This document shows, one piece after another, positions 1 through 9,331 of a stretch of DNA of 64,000 bases (the first letter of the stretch is position 1; the number at the start of each line of letters is the position of its first letter). The stretch comes from an uncultured Alphaproteobacteria bacterium (lineage in GTDB: Bacteria; Pseudomonadota; Alphaproteobacteria; RF32; CAG-239). A model generated the notes under the pieces. That model was not told where the DNA came from, did no database searches, and saw only the letters and a list, made by a program, of their open reading frames with translations. Location: NCBI GenBank assembly GCA_944391685.1, contig CALXUM010000003.1, positions 9,481-73,480 of the forward strand, in the 5' to 3' direction. Position numbers and translations under genes: made by a program.

Positions 1-1158
1 ATTGACCTTAAAGATATTCCGGTTTCTATTGCCGGGCAAGTGCCTTGGGGAAAAGAAGCTTATGAATTTGACCCAGATACGGTTATGGCTCCTAAAGATC
101 AGAAAAAAAATGACAAGTTTATCCTTTATGGAATGGCCGCAGGAAGTGATGCCATGGAAGATGCCGGTTGGAACCCAGAAAATGTTTCTGAAGAAGAAAA
201 ATATCGTGCCGGCGTTATGATGGGATCTGGAATCGGCGGATTACAAACTATTTATGAAAATTCTCTTTCCTTTAATGAAAACGGAATGAAAAGAATTTCT
301 CCATTTTTTATTCCAGCATGTTTGATCAATTTAATTTCCGGAAACCTGTCTATTAAATATGGATTGAAGGGACCTAATCATTCTTGTGTTACAGCTTGTT
401 CTACCGGTACGCATGCGATTGGCGATGCCGCAGCTATGATTGCTCGCGGTGATGCTGATTTGATGTTAGCCGGAGGTGCCGAATCTGCAGTTAATGTTTT
501 GGGGTTGGCCGGTTTTGCAAGAATGAAAGCCATCACTTCCGATTTTAATGATGCTCCGGAAAAAGCTTCTCGTCCTTGGGATAAAGCTCGTAGCGGTTTT
601 GTTATGGGTGAAGGATCAGGTGCCTTGGTTTTAGAAGAATTGGAACATGCTAAAGCAAGAGGTGCCAAAATTTATGCAGAGGTTGCCGGTTACGGCATGA
701 GCGGAGATGCTTATCATATTACGGCTCCTTCCGGTGATGGGGCTTATCGTGCAATGAAAATGGCGGTAGATCATGCCAAAGAAAAAGGTGTTGAGTTGAG
801 TGATATTGGTTATATAAATGCTCACGGAACATCAACTCCTGCCGGTGACGTTGGCGAGGCTTTGGCGGTTAAAAGATTGTTTGGTGATGAGGGAATAAAA
901 AAAGTTTCGATGTCATCTACGAAGTCTGCCATTGGGCATTTGTTGGGTGCTGCCGGTGCGGTTGAGGCCGTATATTCAATTATGGCTTTGCAGACACAGA
1001 CATGTCCTCCGACATTGAATTTAGAGAATCCTGCTGATGAGTTGGCTGATTTTGATTTAGTTCCTCTAAAGGCCAAAAAACGTGAAATAAAGGCTGTTAT
1101 GTCTAATTCATTTGGTTTCGGCGGGACTAACTCTTCGTTGGTTTTCAAAAAATATTAA
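1..1158 (+). CDS. fabF: beta-ketoacyl-ACP synthase II (KAS II), 5' end cut by the window edge
   Basis: Frame 1 is open from nt 1 (IDLKDIPVSIAGQVPWG...), so the Met at 40 is internal. Active-site context HSCVTACSTGTHAIGDA, His motifs YINAHGTSTPAGD and STKSAIGHLLGAAG, C-terminal NSFGFGGTNSSLVF. Confidence 0.92.
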   Translation: MDLKDIPVSIAGQVPWGKEAYEFDPDTVMAPKDQKKNDKFILYGMAAGSDAMEDAGWNPENVSEEEKYRAGVMMGSGIGGLQTIYENSLSFNENGMKRISPFFIPACLINLISGNLSIKYGLKGPNHSCVTACSTGTHAIGDAAAMIARGDADLMLAGGAESAVNVLGLAGFARMKAITSDFNDAPEKASRPWDKARSGFVMGEGSGALVLEELEHAKARGAKIYAEVAGYGMSGDAYHITAPSGDGAYRAMKMAVDHAKEKGVELSDIGYINAHGTSTPAGDVGEALAVKRLFGDEGIKKVSMSSTKSAIGHLLGAAGAVEAVYSIMALQTQTCPPTLNLENPADELADFDLVPLKAKKREIKAVMSNSFGFGGTNSSLVFKKY

Positions 1159-1171
1159 TCTAGCAAAAATA

Positions 1172-1210
1172 CAGAGGTCTTAAGATAAAGTCGAAAGACC
1201 TCTGTTTTGA
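1172..1210 (+). terminator. rho-independent terminator after fabF
   Basis: 9-bp stem CAGAGGTCT (1172-1180) / AGACCTCTG (1196-1204) followed by TTTT. Confidence 0.6.
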
Positions 1211-1227
1211 TTCTGGGATTTTAAAAA

Positions 1228-2184
1228 TTGATAAAAAAACTGCTCTTTTTTTCAATATTAGTGTTGGTTGTTGTTTTTGCTCAAATTAAAATTTGGGTTA
1301 ATGAAGCCGGTAATCCTGGTGGACCGGTTAATGTGGTTATAAGCAAAGGTGAAAACTCGGGAATCGTAGCTCAAAAATTGACTGAAAACGGAGTGATTTC
1401 AAAGCCATGGTTGTTTAAAATGGCTGCACGTTTTAAGGGGTTGGATAAACATTTAAAGGCAGGAGAGTATCAATTTGTTAAAGGAATTTCTTTATCTGAG
1501 GTTATAAGGCAAATTGCTCAAGGTGATGTGTTTTTTCGTAAAATTACTTTACCGGAAGGTTTGACAGCTAAACAAATGTTGGAGATTATAAAAGAGGAGG
1601 AAGCTTTATCCGGAAAAGTTACAATTATTCCGCAAGAAGGTGAAATGCTGCCGGAAACTTATAGCTTTGTTTTGGGGGAAACTAAAGACAGTGTTATAAT
1701 GCAGGCTATGGAAGCAATGCAAAAAGTTAAGAAGCAAGCATGGGAAAACAGAGATGAAGGATTGCCCCTAAAAAATGTTGATGAAATGATGATTTTAGCC
1801 TCAATTATTGAAAAAGAAACGGCAATTCCTGCAGAACGACGTTTGGTTGCATCTGTTTTTGTTAATCGTTTGCGTAAGGGAATGCGTTTGCAGACAGATC
1901 CGACGGTTATATATGCTTTGACTAAGGGAAAAAAAGAATTGGAACGTAAGTTAACCAGAAAAGATTTAGAAATAGACAGTCCTTATAATACTTATAAATA
2001 TTATGGGTTACCTCCAAAGCCTATTTGTAATCCGGGGAAAGCCTCAATAGAAGCAGCGGTGCATCCGGAGATGTCTGATTATCTTTATTTTGTGGCAAAT
2101 GGAAGCGGAGGACATAGTTTTGCATTATCTCTTAAAGAACATAATAATAATGTAAAAAATTGGAAGAAAGTTCAGCAACAATAA
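1228..2184 (+). CDS. mltG: endolytic murein transglycosylase MltG (YceG family)
   Basis: TTG start, N-terminal TM helix, LKAGEY, ILASIIEKET, RLQTDPTVIYA and YNTYKYYGLPPKPICNPG motifs typical of YceG/MltG. The usual fabF-mltG neighbourhood. Confidence 0.85.
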   Translation: MIKKLLFFSILVLVVVFAQIKIWVNEAGNPGGPVNVVISKGENSGIVAQKLTENGVISKPWLFKMAARFKGLDKHLKAGEYQFVKGISLSEVIRQIAQGDVFFRKITLPEGLTAKQMLEIIKEEEALSGKVTIIPQEGEMLPETYSFVLGETKDSVIMQAMEAMQKVKKQAWENRDEGLPLKNVDEMMILASIIEKETAIPAERRLVASVFVNRLRKGMRLQTDPTVIYALTKGKKELERKLTRKDLEIDSPYNTYKYYGLPPKPICNPGKASIEAAVHPEMSDYLYFVANGSGGHSFALSLKEHNNNVKNWKKVQQQ

Positions 2185-2474
2185 TTTATGTTGCAAAAAA
2201 ATTAGATTTTTTTATAATGCGATTTACAAAAATATTATTGAGATAAGAATTGTTAAACTTAAAACTAGAAGCCATGAAAACATTTTTGCAAAAGATTTCG
2301 TTTGCGGCACAATGTTTGGGGTTTGTGAGTATGCAGTTGGTTGCACCGCCACCACCAAAGTATGTGCGTCGTATGGCCGAGACAAGGAGTAAAATTCGTC
2401 AGGCGGAAAAGACACAAAAAAGAAAAGTAAATCGTCGCGGTTTTCGCGGTAAATAAATTTAAAAAATATTTTTT

Positions 2475-2717
2475 ATGGATAGCTTAGAAGAAAGAATTGT
2501 GGCAATAATTAGAAAAAATTGTTGCTATGGTGGGTTAATTCTTCCCACGGATAACCTAAAGAATGATCTCGGCATGGATAGCTTGGATAAGATGGCAATG
2601 ATAATTGACATTGAAGGAAAATTCAATGTTCAATTTGTTGGAGAAGATGATGAAAAACTGAATACAGTTGAGGATGTAATTGATTACGTCCGAGCGGAGA
2701 TTCGTGTACAAAAGTAA
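2475..2717 (+). CDS. acyl carrier protein-like protein (80 aa)
   Basis: ACP size and a phosphopantetheine-attachment type motif NDLGMDSLDKMAMIIDIE (DSL serine), acidic C-terminal helix. No obvious SD upstream. Confidence 0.6.
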   Translation: MDSLEERIVAIIRKNCCYGGLILPTDNLKNDLGMDSLDKMAMIIDIEGKFNVQFVGEDDEKLNTVEDVIDYVRAEIRVQK

Positions 2718-2722
2718 AAATT

Positions 2723-2749
2723 AAGGCATCTTTTGAGATGCCTTTTTTT
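2723..2749 (+). terminator. rho-independent terminator after the ACP-like gene
   Basis: AAGGCATC (2723-2730) / GATGCCTT (2737-2744) followed by a T-run. Confidence 0.6.
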
Positions 2750-3245
2750 ATGCTTGACCGATGGTGGTCATGGTTATGGGATAAAGTGCTTCCTGAGGAG
2801 ACATGCCTTTGGTTAAAACTACTTTGAAAACGGGATACATGCGTTCACATTCTTTGATGGCAATATTTATCATTTGTTCTAATTTATCGGCAAAATAAGT
2901 TTCCTCATCATTTATAATAACGGAGTGTTTGAAAACGGGAATGTTTTGTTCTGCCCAATAAGAAAAATGGCCAACCCAGAGTTCTTCATTGGCAAGGGCT
3001 AAGAGCTCAAAAATTTTGCTGCGATCTTCAATTTTGCAGTCAATATCCATAAGGCAGGATAAATGAAGACAGTGCATATTGGCTTCCCAGGCAAAAAACA
3101 ACAGCATGTTATTCCATTTGCCCTGAACTTCAACTACAACTTCATTGATGTTGCGGCGTTCAAGTTCAAAAGATTTTGACGCAAATATGGTTTCAACCAA
3201 ATCAATCGGGTTATATTCGGGGGCTAAGTTCTTTGCCAATTGCAT
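2748..3245 (-). CDS. YbjN-domain-like protein
   Basis: Start placed at the internal Met (MQLAKNL...). The pattern VEVQGKWNNMLLFFAWEANMHCLHLSCLMD...ELLALANEELWVGHFSYW resembles the alphaproteobacterial YbjN family as I remember it. The upstream 29 codons of the ORF-track call look non-coding. Confidence 0.5.
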   Translation of the reverse strand: MQLAKNLAPEYNPIDLVETIFASKSFELERRNINEVVVEVQGKWNNMLLFFAWEANMHCLHLSCLMDIDCKIEDRSKIFELLALANEELWVGHFSYWAEQNIPVFKHSVIINDEETYFADKLEQMINIAIKECERMYPVFKVVLTKGMSPQEALYPITMTTIGQA

Positions 3246-3491
3246 TATCAAAATACTCCAAATAAATTTTACTATGGATATAGCTTGCAATGCCGAGTCG
3301 CAAATATCAATCCCCGAGTCGCAGTTTTCCACTTAATTCACAGCTGTGTATAAAAAATTTTTTTGATTGTTTAGCAAAATCAAATAGTTGGCATAAAATA
3401 TTTTTTTTTGTTTTTTTAGATGTGGATATATTTGTGGAAATTAAGTATTCTTTAATCTCTAAAATTTTTAAAAACGAGGAAAACAATAAAA

Positions 3492-4280
3492 ATGACAGGT
3501 TTGGAGTTTCCGCAGATTTCACCGATTATGTTGAGTATAGGGCCTTTTGCCATCAGATGGTATTCAATGGCTTATCTTATTGGTATTGTTGTCGGGTGGT
3601 TTTTACTTAATCGTAATGTGAGAAAAAATAATTTGGGTTTGAGCAAAGCTCAAGTTGAGGATTTTATTTTTTATTTGACTTTAGGAATTGTTATTGGCGG
3701 AAGACTTGGATATGCCGTTTTTTATGGCGGATCCGATATGTGGCTTAAACCATGGAGAATCTTGGAGATTTGGAAAGGCGGAATGTCTTTTCACGGTGGT
3801 GTTGCCGGTGTTATTGTGGCGACATATTTATTCGCAAAAAAAATAAAATATGGCTTTTTACAGCTTACTGATTTGGTGGTTTTGTATGCCCCGATAGGAA
3901 TGTTTTTGGGAAGATTGGCAAATTTTGTTAATGATGAATTATGGGGAAGGGTTACCGATGTGCCATGGGCGGTTAAATTTCCGAACGGAGGTTATTTGCC
4001 CAGACATCCTTCGCAGCTTTATGAAGCTTGTTTGGAGGGCTTGTTGATGTTTGTTATATTAAACTGGTTATGGCGGTATCCAAAAATAAGAAATTCTTCA
4101 GGGGTGGTTTCGGCTTTATTTGTTGTTTTGTATGGCATTTTCAGAATCTTGATAGAATGTTTTCGTGAGCCAGATGCCCAACTTGGCTTTTTCTTTGGAA
4201 GTATTACCATGGGACAGATGCTTTCCGTACCATTAATAATTGCCGGTTTATGGGTTTTGAAAATCAGGCTTTGGAAGTAA
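3492..4280 (+). CDS. lgt: prolipoprotein diacylglyceryl transferase
   Basis: GPFAIRWYSMAYLIG, MSFHGGVAGV, GRLANFVNDELWGR, RHPSQLYEA motifs. Multi-TM protein of 262 aa. Confidence 0.9.
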   Translation: MTGLEFPQISPIMLSIGPFAIRWYSMAYLIGIVVGWFLLNRNVRKNNLGLSKAQVEDFIFYLTLGIVIGGRLGYAVFYGGSDMWLKPWRILEIWKGGMSFHGGVAGVIVATYLFAKKIKYGFLQLTDLVVLYAPIGMFLGRLANFVNDELWGRVTDVPWAVKFPNGGYLPRHPSQLYEACLEGLLMFVILNWLWRYPKIRNSSGVVSALFVVLYGIFRILIECFREPDAQLGFFFGSITMGQMLSVPLIIAGLWVLKIRLWK

Positions 4281-5418
4281 CATTATGGCTGAAGTTGCGA
4301 GTTTTTTGCAAAACTTTGTGGGCTCGTACCAATACTTCTACCGAAGAAGCATCACTGCGTTTTTTTTCTGATACGCAAGCAGATACGGTAAGTTTTAATT
4401 CTTTACGTTTGGGGTTATATAAAAAAGAGGCTCCAGCAATGGCTCGACGAATTATTTCCAAGCGTTCAAAAGTTTCATTTTTATCCATGTTTTTGTAAAC
4501 AATTACAAACTCATCAGGACTGTAGCGATATATGCTTTCATCTTTTTCAAGCTCAGAGATTTTGTTTGCAATCAGTTTGGTTAAAATATTACGAACACGT
4601 TTGCCAAAGCTTTCACCAATTTTATCGAAGTCATCGATACTTATAATGCCGATACTGTATTTGAGCGGAAAGTTTTTGGCATGTATCATGTAAGAATTGC
4701 GACTGGCAAGGTCGGTGAGCGAATCTTTGTAAGTTTCGTTATAAAGGTTTTGAGCAATTGAAATGCTAATGCATAAAATGGCACAGAAAAAGAATAGGCT
4801 TGGAGCAGAAGAGTTGTCGGCATAATAAAAGGCAAAAAAGACGCTCAAAAAGCTAAAGAAAAAAGCATAATCATTATTATTTCCACTACGAATCGCATTA
4901 GCAAAACAGGCAATAATTATAAAGGCAAAAAGAATATTGCCTAATAAATAAGGATATGCGGAAAAACCAAGGGCTATTTCACTATTGGTTAAATGTTCGG
5001 CAAGGGCATATTGGAAAAAAAGAGCTAAGAGCAGATAAATATTTGTACGGCAAAGAAGACGGCGGCGAGGCCAAAAATAAAAAATGGCAAGATTCAGGGG
5101 AGTGAAAAAATATAAATTAAGGTAAAAAGATGAACTTAAAAATGAAGTTCCAAGGCGAATCTTGATAAAGTTTAGTAAAATATAAGCAAGTGAAATACAA
5201 AGAATTATGAAAACAGGTTTGTTTTGATTAAAATAGAGCAAAGTTAAAAAACAGCCAAAGCTAAAAATATAAAACAATATGTGAAAAGTGTAGTTTGTGC
5301 TTTGAGAAAAAGGAGCGCTTATATAAAAACTGAGCAATCCCACGGCAAAAATTATTGAAGGGATAAAAATGTTGCGAATCAGCGGAATGATTTTTTCTAT
5401 ATAAGCAAACTTTTTCAC
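4264..5418 (-). CDS. multi-pass membrane protein with a degenerate GGDEF domain
   Basis: About 230 aa of hydrophobic helices, then a GGDEF-fold-like region ISIDDFDKIGESFGKRVRNILTKLIA...IYRYSPDEFVIVY. The signature reads SPDEF instead of GGDEF, and NDxxGH is replaced by GESFGK. Confidence 0.6.
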   Translation of the reverse strand: MKKFAYIEKIIPLIRNIFIPSIIFAVGLLSFYISAPFSQSTNYTFHILFYIFSFGCFLTLLYFNQNKPVFIILCISLAYILLNFIKIRLGTSFLSSSFYLNLYFFTPLNLAIFYFWPRRRLLCRTNIYLLLALFFQYALAEHLTNSEIALGFSAYPYLLGNILFAFIIIACFANAIRSGNNNDYAFFFSFLSVFFAFYYADNSSAPSLFFFCAILCISISIAQNLYNETYKDSLTDLASRNSYMIHAKNFPLKYSIGIISIDDFDKIGESFGKRVRNILTKLIANKISELEKDESIYRYSPDEFVIVYKNMDKNETFERLEIIRRAIAGASFLYNPKRKELKLTVSACVSEKKRSDASSVEVLVRAHKVLQKTRNFSHNVTSKA

Positions 5419-5466
5419 GTTGTTTTCCTTAAAATTTTGTGTTTGAGGAATTTTAACGCCTAAAGG

Positions 5467-6549
5467 TTAAATTTTATTTACGCATTTTAGAATAGAGCTG
5501 TCACCGTAAGAATAAAATCTGTATTTAGAATCAATTGCATGTTTGTAGGCTTGTTGCATTCTTTCAAATCCGGCAACGGCACAAACAAGCATAAACAAAG
5601 TTGATTTAGGAAGATGAAAGTTGGTGATCAGCATATCAATGATTTTGAACTTATAACCGGGAGTGATAAAAATATCTGTTTCTCCATAAAATGGGTGTAA
5701 AATTCCGTTATCATCGGCGGCACTTTCCAAAAGACGCAAAGAGGTGGTGCCAACGGCAATTATTCTTTTTCCGGCTTTTTTGGCTTGATTAATAATATCT
5801 GCCGTTTGTTCCGAAATTATGCCAAATTCAGCATGCATTTTGTGATCTTTAGTGTCTTCGGTTTTTACGGGAAGGAATGTTCCTGCTCCGACATGGAGAG
5901 TTAAAAATACTTCTTTGACACCTTTATCGCGAATTTTTTGCATTATTTCTGGTGTGAAATGCAATCCGGCCGTCGGTGCGGCGACGGCTCCTTCGTGTTT
6001 GGCATATACGGTTTGGTAGTTTTCTTTATCGTTAAATTTATGCCAAAGCCCGCTGCCCGGGCGTTCTCTTTTAATATAAGGAGGAAGGGGCATAAAACCA
6101 TATTGTTCAAGTTTATTGCCAAGTTCTTGAGGTTGGCAATTAAAAAAAATCATGATGCCGTCTTCATCTTTTTTTTCAAGCACTTGAGCTGAAAAATCTG
6201 ATTGTTGAACAGGAATTTCATTGGTATAAAAATGAATAGTATCTCCAATATGCAGACGTTTGGCATTTTTAATAAAAGACATCCAGCGAATACCATCTAT
6301 GGGGTGATAAAGCGTTACTTCAACCAGGGCTTCTCCTCTTGCACCATAAAGACGAGCCGGTATTACTTTGGTATCATTAAAGACCAAAACATCGCCTTCA
6401 TTTAACAACTCAGGAAGTTCATTAAAATGGCGGTCAGTTATTTTGTTTTCTTCAGATAAGTCCAAAAGTCTGGATGCATCACGAGGGTTAGCCGGTTGAG
6501 AGGCTATAAGTTCTCGCGGGAGTTCAAAATCAAAAATATCTACCTGCAT
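5467..6549 (-). CDS. queA: S-adenosylmethionine:tRNA ribosyltransferase-isomerase
   Basis: FDFELPRELIASQPANPRDASRLL, GAVAAPTAGLHFT, RIIAVGTTSLRLLES, LITNFHLPKSTLFML, YRFYSYGDS motifs. 360 aa. Confidence 0.92.
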   Translation of the reverse strand: MQVDIFDFELPRELIASQPANPRDASRLLDLSEENKITDRHFNELPELLNEGDVLVFNDTKVIPARLYGARGEALVEVTLYHPIDGIRWMSFIKNAKRLHIGDTIHFYTNEIPVQQSDFSAQVLEKKDEDGIMIFFNCQPQELGNKLEQYGFMPLPPYIKRERPGSGLWHKFNDKENYQTVYAKHEGAVAAPTAGLHFTPEIMQKIRDKGVKEVFLTLHVGAGTFLPVKTEDTKDHKMHAEFGIISEQTADIINQAKKAGKRIIAVGTTSLRLLESAADDNGILHPFYGETDIFITPGYKFKIIDMLITNFHLPKSTLFMLVCAVAGFERMQQAYKHAIDSKYRFYSYGDSSILKCVNKI

Positions 6550-6693
6550 AATAAAAAATCCTTGTGTCGTTTTTTGCTGTTATAGCCCATTGTTTTTTGA
6601 TTATCAACAGCTAAATTAATACATAAATTATGTTTGATTGCTTTAGATTAAACTATTTTAATAAAATCTTTTGTGGTTGTAATAAGATTTTAA

Positions 6694-6721
6694 TTGACTA
6701 TTAATAATTGTGTTATAATAT
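6694..6721 (+). promoter_or_regulatory. sigma70-like promoter candidate for the OMP gene
   Basis: TTGACT (6694-6699), 16-nt spacer, TAATAT (6716-6721), about 60 nt upstream of the ATG at 6782. Confidence 0.4.
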
Positions 6722-6781
6722 CAAAAACGTCTTAAGATTGAAACAAGACATTTATATAAACTATTTGTAAGAGGTTTGATT

Positions 6782-7357
6782 ATGAAAAAAACATTGTTAC
6801 TGGCCGGCGTTGCCGCTTTGTTTTCTGCTAATGCCAATGCATATGAAATGAAACCTTATGTTGGTTTGGATTATGTTTATTCAATGGCTGATATTGATAA
6901 AATTGACGGGGAAAAAGTTTTTGAAGAAGATTTGAATGCTTTTGCCGTTTCCGTTGGTACAAAATTTCATGAAAATTTCGGAGTTGAAGCTTTTTATCAA
7001 CACTCTGATGAACAGAAAAAGACAACCAAAACAGTTTTGGGTGATGTAAAAGGTAAAGACAAATATAATGCCTATGGTTTGGATGTTGTAGGTTTTATGC
7101 CGGTTGCCGAAAAAGTTGATTTGCTAGGTTCTTTGGGTGTCGGTTATTATGATGTGAAGGCTAAACTTGTTCATGCTCCTACCGGTGTAAGCGTTAAAGG
7201 TGATGATGACGGTTTCGGTTACAGAATCGGTGCCGGTATGCAGTATAATATGACTGAAAATTGGGCCGCTCGTGTAATGGCTCGTTATGCTTATACTGAT
7301 ATTGATGGTTTGGACAACATTGTTGATTTGACCGCAGGTATCAGATATAGCTTCTAG
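6782..7357 (+). CDS. small outer-membrane beta-barrel protein (OmpA-like TM domain / Omp25-type porin family)
   Basis: AGAGG SD 8 nt before the ATG. Signal peptide MKKTLLLAGVAALFSANANA, alternating beta-strand pattern, C-terminal GIRYSF ending in Phe. Confidence 0.7.
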   Translation: MKKTLLLAGVAALFSANANAYEMKPYVGLDYVYSMADIDKIDGEKVFEEDLNAFAVSVGTKFHENFGVEAFYQHSDEQKKTTKTVLGDVKGKDKYNAYGLDVVGFMPVAEKVDLLGSLGVGYYDVKAKLVHAPTGVSVKGDDDGFGYRIGAGMQYNMTENWAARVMARYAYTDIDGLDNIVDLTAGIRYSF

Positions 7358-7388
7358 TAACTATATAATTCATAAGAGTCTCAAAAAA

Positions 7389-7414
7389 CTCTCCCTGCAA
7401 AGGGAGAGTTTTTT
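7389..7414. terminator. bidirectional hairpin terminator between convergent genes
   Basis: CTCTCCCT / AGGGAGAG stem with a GCAA loop, A-run upstream and T-run downstream. Confidence 0.6.
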
Positions 7415-7496
7415 ATTTTTTTAATGTATAGGAGAGGAATTATCCCTTATTTTAGAGCCGTATTACCTTTGGTGATATAATGATATAGTTTCATGT

Positions 7497-8135
7497 CTAT
7501 CGTCCCTTGGTATGGATGGAAATTGGAAAGTTTGAATTTTGGATAATGTTTTGGCAATCTTTTTTTATGGTGTTTTTATTAAAAACTATACCGTTGATGC
7601 CTAAACTTTGAGCGGAAAGAACGTTTTTTTCTTTGTCATCAATAAAAATCATTTCTTTGAAATCACAACCTAGTTGTCGGCGAACAGCTTCATAAATTTT
7701 GGGATTGGGTTTTAAGAGTTTTAATTTGTATGAAGCAAAACGAAACTGAGATTTTACCTGTTCGGGAGCGGTGCTTTGCAGCATGGGAAGAGCATTTGAT
7801 AAAATACAATTCTCTATTCCTTGTTTGGATAAAAATTCCATAGTATCCATGGTTTCGGTAAAAAATTTGCCAACACCTTGATGCAAGGCTTTGTTTATTT
7901 CAATTTTAGTTTTATTATCAAAAGGGATATTATATTCCTGGCAGAGATTTTGGCAAAATTGTTCATCATTAATTTGTCCTGACATGTAGGGATTATAATT
8001 AAATTTTTTGACTCCTCCCTTATCTATAAAACCTGCCTTGTCGGTAGTTTTAGATAAAGCCCATTGGTTTAGATAGTTTAAGGTGTATGGATATATGGCT
8101 TGTCCGACATCCCAAACGCAATATTTGATATTCAT
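7497..8135 (-). CDS. HAD-superfamily hydrolase-like protein
   Basis: N-terminal CVWDVGQAIY (motif I-like, second Asp not conserved) and C-terminal MIFIDDKEKNVLSAQSLGINGIVF (HAD motif IV-like). Confidence 0.55.
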   Translation of the reverse strand: MNIKYCVWDVGQAIYPYTLNYLNQWALSKTTDKAGFIDKGGVKKFNYNPYMSGQINDEQFCQNLCQEYNIPFDNKTKIEINKALHQGVGKFFTETMDTMEFLSKQGIENCILSNALPMLQSTAPEQVKSQFRFASYKLKLLKPNPKIYEAVRRQLGCDFKEMIFIDDKEKNVLSAQSLGINGIVFNKNTIKKDCQNIIQNSNFPISIHTKGR

Positions 8136-8267
8136 TGAAAATTTTTCCTTTATATATTAATTTTTAGAAAATTATAAGTGAAATGAGTAGTAAAGTAAAG
8201 TTTTAAGCGACTTTGTTTATTATTGTTTGAAAGTATAAATTGTTTTTTTAATTAGGAGTATGACACA

Positions 8268-9080
8268 ATGGCTGATAATGGTTTTATTCATTTACAAAAT
8301 GAGTTGGCAGAATGCAAAATAGCTCTTTGGGGCGGCAATTTGGTGTCATATCGTCCAAAGAGTGAAGAGCATGATATTTTTTGGCTGGGAGAGCTGAATA
8401 AGTTTGATAATGTTCAGGCTATTCGCGGTGGGGTTCCGGTTTGTTGGCCTCGGTTTGCCGAAGAAAAGCTAAACGATAATCTTCCCAGGCACGGTTTTGC
8501 CAGATTATCAAATTGGAATTTGCAAAATGTAAATGTTGCGGAAGATAAAATTGAGGCAGAACTTTCTTTAGTGCCGGATATTAAATATAACCTGAATTTA
8601 TCGGCACGGCTTTTGATTAAAATTACGGATAAGTTGGAATATTGTCTTGAGACCAGTAATGACGGTGATGAGAAATTTGCTTTCAGCGAAGCTTTGCACG
8701 CTTATTTTAATGTTAGTTCCATTGATGATATAGAGATTAAAGGTTTGGCAGGGCATGGTTATAAAAATTCGCTGGATGGTAATTTTTATGAGTTAGAAAA
8801 AGACTTAAAAATCCGGGGCGAGATTGACTCTATTTTTATGAATCAAAATCAACCGATAAAAATAATAGACAGTGGTTTTAACCGTATCATATCAATAGAA
8901 AAAACGGGTTCAGAGACAACGGTGGTTTGGAATCCGGCAAAAGATTTGGCAGAAATGAGTGACGGACAATATAAAACATTTGTTTGTGTGGAGCCATCAA
9001 ACGTGGGAAAGCACTTTATCAAATTAGCCCCACGTGAAAAGCATAAAATATCAGCAACAATCAAAGTGCAGAAATATTAA
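8268..9080 (+). CDS. D-hexose-6-phosphate mutarotase-like protein (aldose 1-epimerase family, YeaD type)
   Basis: IRGGVPVCWPRF, LPRHGFAR, SEALHAYF, TVVWNP, VCVEP motifs. 270 aa. Confidence 0.75.
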   Translation: MADNGFIHLQNELAECKIALWGGNLVSYRPKSEEHDIFWLGELNKFDNVQAIRGGVPVCWPRFAEEKLNDNLPRHGFARLSNWNLQNVNVAEDKIEAELSLVPDIKYNLNLSARLLIKITDKLEYCLETSNDGDEKFAFSEALHAYFNVSSIDDIEIKGLAGHGYKNSLDGNFYELEKDLKIRGEIDSIFMNQNQPIKIIDSGFNRIISIEKTGSETTVVWNPAKDLAEMSDGQYKTFVCVEPSNVGKHFIKLAPREKHKISATIKVQKY

Positions 9081-9109
9081 AAAAAGCTGTGCAATGAGGT
9101 TAATACAAA

Positions 9110-9140
9110 ACAGGTAGAAAAAACTTTATACCTGTTTTTT
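9110..9140 (+). terminator. rho-independent terminator
   Basis: ACAGGTA / TACCTGT stem followed by TTTTTT. Confidence 0.6.
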
Positions 9141-9180
9141 AGTACAACAAATTATTAAAATTTGTTTTTTATCAGAATTT

Positions 9181-9287
9181 TTGAAAGTCTTGGAATATAT
9201 ACAAAAAAAGCACCTCAAAAGGTGCATTATCAAAAATGGTGCGAGATACTGTGCAATTATCGGACTAATTTCTATGATGATTTTAAG
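9181..9287. repeat. tRNA-Leu-flank repeat, copy A (terminator flank + TGGTGC + conserved cassette left end)
   Basis: TTGAAAGTCTTGGAATATATACAAAAAAAGCACCTCAAAAGGTGCATTATCAAAAATGGTGC is near-identical (5 mismatches by hand) to 11950-12011, which abuts the real tRNA. It is followed by GAGATACTGTGCAATTATCGGACTAATTTCTATGATGATTTTAAG, repeated at 10584-10627. Confidence 0.8.
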
Positions 9288-9331
9288 CTTTTCAGTAAGA
9301 AAATTGAAATATTTAGAGAAAAGCAGAAAAC

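Noticed and set aside
2250-2456. 68-aa ORF between mltG and the ACP-like gene (possible small exported or basic protein starting MKTFLQKISF...).
   Set aside because: It has no SD, no recognisable motif and a Pro-run followed by a basic tail. I cannot support it as a gene without homology or expression data.
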